Shown piece after piece: positions 54,656-64,000 of a DNA stretch of 64,000 nt. Source of the DNA: Octopus sinensis (taxonomy: Eukaryota); assembly GCF_006345805.1 (NCBI RefSeq), contig NC_043002.1, forward strand, positions 5,146,001 to 5,210,000. Direction: 5' to 3'. The position numbers were made by a program, and so were the translations under genes. Within the stretch, counting starts at the first letter, position 1. Every line of letters starts with the position of its first letter. The notes under the pieces were generated by a model. The model did no database searches and was not told the DNA's origin. It was given only the letters and a program-made list of their open reading frames with translations.

Positions 54656-55380
54656 ATATATATATACGTATATACACGCACATACACACACATATATACA
54701 TATATAAGTACATATATACATACACATACATATGCGCACATACGTACATACATGCAACATATTCATATCTATATACAGGATTCAAGGAGTGTCTGATTAC
54801 ACTTCATTATCAGCACATTTAGTCTCTTCAAACCAATTATAGAGCTTTTATTTCTTTCAGGTACCCAATGTCAGATAAAATGCTTTGGTTCCATATCTAC
54901 TCACCTGGATTCCTCTTATAACCATTCTTTACCCAGCAGACTTGGTCCTCGGTTAAGGTTTCAGAGTGTAATTTCAAATCATTTGAGTGCTTCAAAGTGT
55001 TTTCTATATTCTTTTCTACTCTAGACTCAAGGCCCGAAATTTGGGGGGAAGGGGCCAGTCGATTAGATCTACCCCAGTACGTAACTGGTACTTAAAATAG
55101 AGCTTCTTCTCCAGTAAGCCTTCGTGATTATAAAAATCACAAGTGTGGAAGACTAACTAATTACAAAATCTTTCAACTAAACAAATCATGGATAACATCT
55201 TACGATTAGTATAAATCGTTGGAACAAATTTAGTGAAACGACTTAATGCATTAGCGATGATTTTGTTGTACTAGAACGAAGAAAGCAGAATGAGTGCTAG
55301 ATAAGACAAGAAGTTTAGGCTAAATTAGAAAGATCATCCACGTGCTCGCGCGCACACACACACAAGCAGACACACGCACG

Positions 55381-55424
<44 letters not shown>

Positions 55425-55592
55425 TAAAGATGTAAATATTTTTTCTAATCAATATTTTGGTTTTGTTACAGCAATGTAATGTTGACATATCTCAAAACAA
55501 ACTCCGTTGTAGAAGACAATCATTTCGTTAAATGGTTCCTTTTGAGCCAACCACTACGATGACGACGACGACGACGACAACAGCAACAACAA

Positions 55593-55979
55593 GTGGAGGC
55601 GCAATGGCTCAATGGTTAGGGCATCGGACTCGCGGTTTCGATTCCCAAACCGGGCGTTGTGTGTGATTATTGAGCGAAAACACCTAAAGCTCCACGAGGC
55701 TCCGGCAGGGTGGTGGTGGCGACCCCTGTTGTACTCTTTCGCCCCAACTTTCTCTCACTCTTTCTTCCTGTTTCTAGTCCCCGACTTCCTACGCAACCGC
55801 TGAGCCTGGATGCGCATTCATCCATCCATCGATGCTCTCGGTGTCGGGGGTTGACCTGCTTTCTCTTCTGCGGGTCTTACGAATAGCAAAGGACCACGTT
55901 TCGGACTTCTCCCACTACAGAGACGCGATCTTGCCAGCTCTGGGACGAAGACCGCTTCGATCAACAGCAACAGCAACAC
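55593..55979 (+). mobile_element. SINE D (head, middle M1, tail T2) with 15-bp TSD
   Basis: CAACAGCAACAACAA at 55578-55592 and 55980-55994. Confidence 0.8.
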
Positions 55980-56512
55980 CAACAGCAACAACAACAAATG
56001 GCAACCATTTTCTCTTTTTCTTTCTGGCTTCAGGTATTTTAGTGCGTCGAACTTTACTAGCAACACATTGTACGCAGATACATCACGTTGATAATTGTAT
56101 CAAATACCTGAGTGAAAATTATGTTGCTGATCTTCGCAAGAGATTAATCAAACAGGATTGAGAAAGATATATATTTATTGTCTTTGTTTTTACTTCCGCT
56201 AGAAGCATTGCAGGCCATTGTTCTAATCAGTATTCATACGTGCCAGTTTTCCTGCATCTTTATCAGTGATACACACAGAAATTCAAGGCAGCAGGAACAA
56301 ACAAAATTGCTGATACGTAAACCTGCACGTGCACGCACACAGCAGGTTGGCTAAATTAACAGAATAATTGCTTTCATGGTTAAAGGTTTCCAGAATTCAT
56401 TTTTTGTGGACCTAGTAAAAGCATTTAACTCTCGCCGACTATATTCTTATCGGTTCTTTTACAGGTTTCGTACAGTCGATAGTATCGCTTCTACAATATA
56501 TATGGGAAGGAG

Positions 56513-56739
56513 GCGAGCTGGCAGAAACGTTAGCACGCCGGGCGAAATGCTTAGCAGTATTTCGTCTGCCGTTACGTTGTGAGTTCAAATTCCGCCGAGG
56601 TCAACTTTGCCTTTCATCCTTTCGGGGTCGATAAATTAATTACCAGTTACTCACTGGGGTTGATGTAATCGACTTAATCCGTTTGTCTGTCCTTGTTCGT
56701 CCTCTCTGTGTTTAGCCCCTTGTGGGTAGTTAAAAATAA
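56513..56739 (+). mobile_element. SINE B1 with 18-bp TSD
   Basis: AATATATATGGGAAGGAG at 56495-56512 and 56740-56757. Confidence 0.95.
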
Positions 56740-57039
56740 AATATATATGGGAAGGAGACGTTGTATATATTTCAGTGTTTTCCTTTATTCTGGTGGTGAT
56801 AAGTCCAGTCTAAGCATGTGCTTGGCTGCAAGCATATGCCATTGACATGGCCCAACGTGACCAAAAATGCGTCTAGCGTCCTCAATAGCCACTATTGGGA
56901 CGATTTTTGTGTCCCTCCACTATATACATTGTGTTTTTTAACGCAGCACGTCTATAAGAGGTGTTATGTCTGATCGAAACTGCAGTAAATTTACCTTTCA
57001 CTAAAACTATACTCCCCAGCAAACACATAAACAAGCGAA

Positions 57040-57720
57040 AACTGTTGCAAATACGTACACAAGACATTTACACGTGTGCGAGCGTATAAAGACACATACA
57101 CACACATAACTGCACACACATACACATAACCACACACACACACACACACATTCATACAAGTGCGAGTACAAACACACATACATCTACACACCCGTTCAAA
57201 TACATACATTTACACACGCGTACAAACACGCGAACAAACTCGCAGACATCGACACACGTGCGAGCATGTAAACACACACACACACACAGTCGTTTACACA
57301 CTTGTGTGTAGCTAAACATACGTAACAGTGCACGTACAAACACACACATATACAAACATGCAGACATTTACACACATGCGACTATGTAAACACACACACA
57401 CACACAGTCGTTTACACACTTGTGTGTAGCTAAACATACGTAACAGTGCACGTACAAACACACACATATACAAACATGCAGACATTTACACACATGCGAC
57501 TATGTAAACACACACACTTACACACACACTTCCATGCATAGACTTTTACGCACCTACGAATATGTAAACACACACATACATATAGACATTTACACACTTG
57601 TGAGTTTCTAACCACACGCACACACATGGACACACGAGCACGCATGTAAAAATACAAAGAAACGTACACACAGACACATGCAAACATGCGCTTGCGCACA
57701 CACAAACACAAAGCGTTCAT
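57040..57720. repeat. CA-rich minisatellite with a 118-bp exact tandem duplication
   Basis: CTTGTGTGTAGCTAAACATACG at 57301 and 57419. Confidence 0.85.
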
Positions 57721-58304
57721 AATAGGAACGGTGAACAATAATTAACGATTGAATAACGTGTGATACGTAAGCGAGAACGTATCATCAGCTTCAACGTGTT
57801 TCGCCATATTGCTTTTAAAAGTACAACCATTTTGGCTGTCATTGATTTTTTCGATTTTTCAACCAAAGTTGTTCATCAGAAGAATGCTTCCACTATCCCC
57901 TATTGATTAATATTTTCGACACTGTTGATTCCGGTGAAAGATTCTAACATTTAAATAGCCGTTACAGAAAGCAACCACGGTTTTTTGCTCCTCCCACTGG
58001 GTTTTTATCTGTAGTTATTCTTAGCCTCGTTCTTTAAACTGGATAAGTCTCCATCTATCTTCAACAATCTCGCTACTAAATGTCCGGATTTGTCCCAGTT
58101 CTTCGTGTCTTTCGGTTTCTCTCATGATATATTCATATATGCACACATGCATACATATATATACATAGTAGATATTATATATATATATATATATATCAAC
58201 GGTGGTGCCCCAGCATGGCCGCGGCCTTCGGGCTAAAACATTTTTAAGGATTTATATATATATGTATATATATATATTATATATATATATATATATTATA
58301 TATA

Positions 58305-58387
<83 letters not shown>

Positions 58388-58409
58388 ATATAATATATAT
58401 ATATATAAT

Positions 58410-58645
58410 TTATCTTTTAACTTTTACTGGTTTCAGTCAGTAGACTGTGACCATGCTGGGGCACCACATGGAGAATTGTTTTAGTCGAATGAATCGGCTC
58501 CAGAACATATTTGTTTAAGCCTTGTACTTAATCTATCGGTTAATTTTTGCCGAACTGCTAAGTAACGGAGATGTAAACACACCAGCACCTGTCGTGAAGC
58601 AAAGGTGGGGGTACAAAATTAGACACAAACACACAGATACACACA

Positions 58646-58691
<46 letters not shown>

Positions 58692-58775
58692 GACGGGCTT
58701 CTTTCAGTTTCTGTCAGCCAAAATTGGTCACAAGCCTGGGCTATAGTAAAAAACACTTGCCTAAGGTGCCATATA
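58410..58775 (-). mobile_element. SINE A, diverged and truncated
   Basis: Reverse tail, (TA)n and a partial head. Confidence 0.8.
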
Positions 58776-59189
58776 GTAATATTATATATATAGATACGGA
58801 TATAGATAGATAGTTATACAAACACATACTTAAATACACAGACACACATGGACACAAAAACTAACACAAACACCACATACCCGCGCGCACACACACACAC
58901 GTGTTCTAGTGTAACATTCAAAACAAGATAAGTGATACAATTTAATAAATAACCCAGTTCATTGCATGTGTCTGTGTTTGGAAGATATATTTATTTATCA
59001 AGTTAGGAATATAATACAACAGTTGAGTTATTTCTACACAATACGATACCTTTTCAACGATAGTAATTCTATTTTTGAAAAGCTATAATAATGCATGGAA
59101 ACAATTGTACCGTTTTATGTAAGGAATTATTGCATATACATTCATTGCCCCAGGATGATCGCAGCCGCATGGCTGAAACGTATAAATGA

Positions 59190-59247
<58 letters not shown>

Positions 59248-59282
59248 GCACGCGCGCACACACACACACGCTCACACGCATT

Positions 59283-59468
59283 CTTTTATTCTTTTACTTG
59301 TTTCAGTCATTTGACTACGGCCATGCTGGATCACGGCCTCGGAGAATTTTAGGCGAACGAATCGACCTCCCCATTATAGCCTGGTACTTATTCGAGCGGT
59401 CTCTTTTACCGAACCGGTAATATTATGGGGTCATAAACACACTAACACTGGTTGTCAAGGGCTGGGGT

Positions 59469-59513
<45 letters not shown>

Positions 59514-59642
59514 ACACTCACACACACACATGCATATATACAAGTATTTGGTCGGCTCGAAGCTATAGTAGAAGCCACTTGACCAAGGTACCATGCAGTA
59601 GGATTGAACCCGAAATCATGTGACTGGGAACAAAAACTTCTC
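59283..59642 (-). mobile_element. SINE A, diverged
   Basis: Reverse tail, (CA)n and head. Confidence 0.8.
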
Positions 59643-59849
59643 ACAGATGTCATCATCGTCACCATCATCCTCATTTCCATCATCATCATTGTGGCGATAA
59701 GCATCACGCTACGCCTCTCAGAAAATGCCATGTTTAGTTCGTTCGCGGATATTTTTGTTTTGCTCTTAGTTCTAGCTCCTTCATCAGTGTTATTAATAGT
59801 GATGATGTTTCGGTGCCTTGCTCACTGAATTGCAGCCCATTCTGTTTCT

Positions 59850-61060
59850 CACCTTCGCCATGTCCCTGCGTCAATCTTAGTAAAATCAACCGGAAATGAA
59901 ATGGAAGCTTACAGACAGTACATACAACAACATGATGGGAAACAGGAGGCTGAAATGGATGCTAGAACAGCATATACTCATCTACATACATATAGAAATC
60001 TAGGACTCTTTCGAGAATTTTCTGGATGATACATTGAACCTTAGTACTGGGCTTTTATGACCTTTATCATAAATCTAATTAAAACCGCCAAAATGTAAAT
60101 TGAAAAACTAGTCATGCCAAAGAAGTAATTAAAAATATATTTAGCGTTATCTCAGAAGATCTAGTCTTTCAGGTAAGGAAAATATTTTTCTTATAAAAGT
60201 AAGAATATTATAACGCCCCTTTGGCTTGGGTTGGACATACTGAGAAGGTCAACTATACTCCTAATGTAAATACCGAGTATGCACTTAAGAAAGGTAGAGT
60301 AAGTGTGTCGGTACTTAGAGATTGCAGTAATCGTGATAAAAAGAATAGTTGCAACAATTTATATAATAATAGGATTGCAAATAAAAGGATTAATGACAAG
60401 AAAATTAACGTGAACTTAGTTGATATAGTAATCAAAATAATCTCTCAATTAAAAGGTTCCATATAATCAGTCCGGTAAAAACATAATTATATTAATTATA
60501 GTAATAAATTAAGGAAAAATAGAACACGTAGTGAGGATATTACATGGTATAATGCTCCATTCGGAATTCACGTAGCCTCAAATATTCCGGGAATGTTCTT
60601 TATAGCCTTAGATAAAATTTCCCACGTCTTCTAGCAGATATAGTAAGATATCTAATGGACATATTGTGAAGTATGCATAATCCACTACACCCAGTTTAGC
60701 AGATATTATAGCGGCTATCAATATCAGAAAATTGAACGCCTTGAGAATAAAGGAACGTTCGAGTGTTTATTCTGAACTTATTGAAAAATCTAGGTTCAGC
60801 TTTAATGAAAAACATCTTTCAAGTCAAGTTAACGGAGTTGACTACATCCCAATGTCTCATATAGATAAAAACAGTAATACTAATACCATAAATAGGTTAT
60901 TTTATAACTGTGGGAGAAGTGGAATGTGTTATTTTCGGAACCCTAGTAAATGCCCCCCAGAAAAGCAGTATCTAAGGAAGAATATGATATATAAATCGTC
61001 AAAACCCTCGAAGGCATCTATTACAAGTGCTTCTGCTACAAAATTTAAACCCCAGAGACA
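59850..61060 (+). mobile_element. Penelope-like element remnant, heavily decayed
   Basis: NFLDDTLNLSTG..; EDITWYNAPFG.HVASNI..F..LDK; YSKI.N..VK..STTPSLADII; CPPEKQYLRKNMIYK. Confidence 0.75.
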
Positions 61061-61639
61061 TAATCACATTCACTCTTTTAAATATAAAAGAAGAGAATAC
61101 TGTATCTCATGAGCCAGGTTCATCGGGGGTTTCAAAGAGAAAATACAATACCTCATTTCGTGGTCCGTAATAGGTAGCGTTTTTTTTTTACCACATAGGT
61201 GAGTGGGAGAGGAGGAACTAATTATTTACTAAATTGTGACTATAACCTATTTAACAAATGCACCGAACTATCGATTCGTTGTTCTCATTATTTATTAAAA
61301 CAATCTTAAATTTTCTTTTTAAAATTTCCACTCTAAAATCCCACTTAATTAACTCGCCTGGGTATAAACAAATAAACTTTATAATTAAGACAAGTTATTA
61401 ATTATTTTTCGTTTTCCTTCTTAATTTACTCATTATATAATATAATGGAGGAATTTTCTCAGAAATTCAAAGCCTAAGTTGCATTGCAGACTGCTTTTCC
61501 TCTTCCCTCTTAATATACTTGCCTTATAACACTTTCATTTTTTAAATTCGATTCTTTAAGTACCGCACCAAATGTAATTTAGTTTGATATTTCATACAAC
61601 TGAATTTATTTTTGTATTCAACTTAGTATTTGTTGACCT

Positions 61640-62065
61640 GGGATCTTTTCGGTTTGAACGGCAGTTTTTAACATAATTTCTAGGTAACTAAAAAATTTTA
61701 AACTTCGTATACTGGTAGAATGTGTTTATAAAACATCTTTTTCTCTTGGCTTTATTGAAAAAATTCTATAGTTTGTAAGATATTTGTTGTTTTTTTTCTT
61801 CAATTTCAACCAGTCAGTGATTTCAACCAATCACTGACGTCTATTGAGGTAAGAAACATTCTGCGCCGTACGAATATGTCCCTCGTTTAAGAAACAGATT
61901 GGGTTTATTTACATTTGTGAAGAAAAAAAGATACCCTTCCCCCCACCTCTAACCCTAACCCTAAAACAGATTGAAATGCAATAGATCGATACTAGGGTCA
62001 TAATTATGGGTGACAATTTCATATGACACCGCTAGAAAAACTGCCGTTCAAGCCGAAAATATTCT
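61640..62065. mobile_element. MITE with ~28-bp TIRs and 6-bp TSD TGACCT
   Basis: Left GGGATCTTTTCGGTTTGAACGGCAGTTTTT, right AAAAACTGCCGTTCAAGCCGAAAATATTCT. TGACCT at 61634-61639 and 62066-62071. Confidence 0.75.
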
Positions 62066-62224
62066 TGACCTGATTTCTATAAATAAAAATGTGACGGTGA
62101 TTGTTAGATTGTCTTGTCTTTAAAAGTTACATCTCACTCAATTGACCCGTCACGCTACTCACTCCTCTCTGCTATAGTCTACAACTAAGTAAAGACATTA
62201 AATGCCAATTATATTTCTCAAGCG

Positions 62225-62440
62225 TTTAAGGAGGTGAGCTGGCAGAATTGAGAGCACGTCGGGCAAAATACTTAGCGGCATTTCACTCGTCTTTACGTTC
62301 TGATCTCGGATTCCGCCGAGGTCAACTTAGCATTTCATCGTTTCGGTATCGATAAAATAAATACCATTTACGTATCGAGGTCAATGTAAGCAACAGGCCC
62401 TCTTCCTCAAATTGCAGACCTTGTGCCTATAAGAAGAAAG
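62225..62440 (+). mobile_element. SINE B2, diverged
   Basis: B head and B2-type tail. Confidence 0.75.
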
Positions 62441-63144
62441 GATATTTCTCAAGCGCTTCTTTTTAAAGACCTCAATATACCCAACATTTAATAACATTTT
62501 GACTCCTCCTGACCATGGACTTTGCACGTTCATAACAATTAAGGGAATGTGATATGATATGAGTAGAGACGCTAGGCTTAGTGGACTCATTGCCGTAAAA
62601 TTGAGCTTTCGATTCTTGGACCAGAATGATGCTTCATTCCACCCAGGTGGTTAAAATGAGTAACCCGCGAAGGACCGGTGTCGGGGGTGATATATACACA
62701 GAAGTCAGGAAACCGACTCTATACAAATCTATATGACTTAGTAATGAGCTTTATCCGTTCATATGATATGAACATTGTCTTCTTCCTTTGTGTTTGTAGC
62801 AGTCTTTGAAAAATCTAACAGAGCGACTCTTGAGATCCGCAGAGGAAAGTTTATGGGATAAATATTCCATCATTTAACTGTTTAATTGATTAGTTAATTG
62901 GTCGATTTTATGTACAAATCATTGTATGATGTAGAAACGATTACGCAAAGTTTCGCATATTGTAATCGAATAAAGTCACATAAAACTATAACTCTTTATT
63001 GTTTTCTCTGCTTATGCCCCAGCATGGCCGTAGTCTAATGACTGAAACAAGTGAACGATAAAAGATGTCTTTGTGTATATGTGTGTATGCGCGCGCGAGT
63101 ATGTATGTATATATGTGTATATGTGTGTGTGTATGTATATCAGA

Positions 63145-63910
63145 TATTCTTTTCTATTCTAGTCACCAGGCCCGAAATTTTTGGAGAGGGGGCCAGTCGA
63201 TTAGATCGATCCCAGTACGCAACTGATACTTAATTTATCGACCCCGAAAGGATGAAAGGCAAAGTCGACCTTGGCGGAATTTGAACTCAGAACATAAAGA
63301 CAGACGAAATACCTGTTTCTTTACTGCCCACAAGGGGCTAAACACAGAGAGGACAAACAAGGACAGACAACGGATTAAGTCGATTATATCGACTCCAGTG
63401 CGTAACTGGTACTTAATTTATCGACCCCGAAAGGATGAAAGGCAAAGTCGACCTTGGCGGAATTTGAACTCAGAACATAAAGACAGACGAAATACCTGTT
63501 TCTTTACTGCCCACAAGGGGCTAAACACAGAGAGGACAAACAAGGACAGACAACGGATTAAGTCGATTATATCGACTCCAGTGCGTAACTGGTACTTAAT
63601 TTATCGACCCCGAAAGGATGAAAGGCAAAGTCGACCGCGGTGGAATTTGAACTCAGAACGTAACGGCAGACGAAATACCTATTTCTTTACTACCCACAAG
63701 GGGCTAAACATAGAGTGGACAAACAAGGACAGACAAAGAGATTAAATCAATTATATCGACTCCAGTGCGTAACTGGTACTCATTTAACCGACCCCGAAAG
63801 GATGAAAGGCAAAGTCGACCTCGGCGGAATTTGAACTCGGAACGTAACGGCAGACGAAATACCGCTAAGTATTTCGCCCGGTGTGCTAACGTTTCTGGCA
63901 ACTCGCCACC
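63145..63910 (-). mobile_element. SINE B tetramer (B1-B1-B1-B2), 183-184-bp period
   Basis: B boxes at 63283, 63466, 63649 and 63833. Junctions AAAGAAA(C/T)AGGTATTTCGTC. Possible TSD TCA(G/C)ATATT. Confidence 0.93.
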
Positions 63911-64000
63911 TCACATATTGTAACTGCCTCTGTCACTGAAGAGTAACACTTAGTTTTCTACAACTTCAGTACATACAGTAGATTCCGCTTTATTGTGCGA

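Noticed and set aside
54906-55010. Minus-strand open frame ending at a strong CCAG|GTGAGT donor
   Set aside because: No credible acceptor; the upstream part is a SINE B2 tail.
59090-59185. GAAACAATTGTA at ~59097 and AGCC-gcat-GGCT-GAAACGTA at ~59163 as hammerheads
   Set aside because: No CUGANGA core correctly placed and no homology to the other families.
63281-63745. 154-aa ORF with a 61-aa repeat
   Set aside because: Antisense reading of the 183-bp SINE B units. The period is a multiple of three by chance.

Overview
This is eukaryotic, AT-rich, microsatellite-saturated DNA. The SINE families and the (TA)n/(CA)n/(CATA)n/(TATC)n landscape look like an octopus genome (inference from pattern recognition, not a search). 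No complete protein-coding gene is recognisable. Almost all ORFs in the supplied track are translations of microsatellites, SINEs or dead transposons. Supported content: (i) three abundant tRNA-headed SINE groups, here called A, B and D; (ii) three CR1 LINE 3' fragments and a decayed L2/CR1 endonuclease region; (iii) dead Tc1/mariner-superfamily elements (mariner, DD37D maT-like, DD36E Tc1-like) plus MITEs and a non-autonomous Helitron-like element; (iv) three Penelope-like (PLE) ORF remnants. The most interesting signal is a set of short elements sitting in TA-containing microsatellites that carry hammerhead-ribozyme folds. These include one fully canonical type I hammerhead at 2273-2364, two partial relatives, and five minimal hammerhead-like motifs with a compensatory stem I change between families. 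Several of these elements have a fold-back architecture. Other notable structure: SINE B forms head-to-tail multimers at a fixed junction, inserts into itself, and forms a spacerless 450-bp hairpin. A tandemly duplicated probable terminal coding exon lies on the minus strand (16727-16823 plus a dead twin). SINE and remnant boundaries are approximate unless TSDs or TIRs are quoted.
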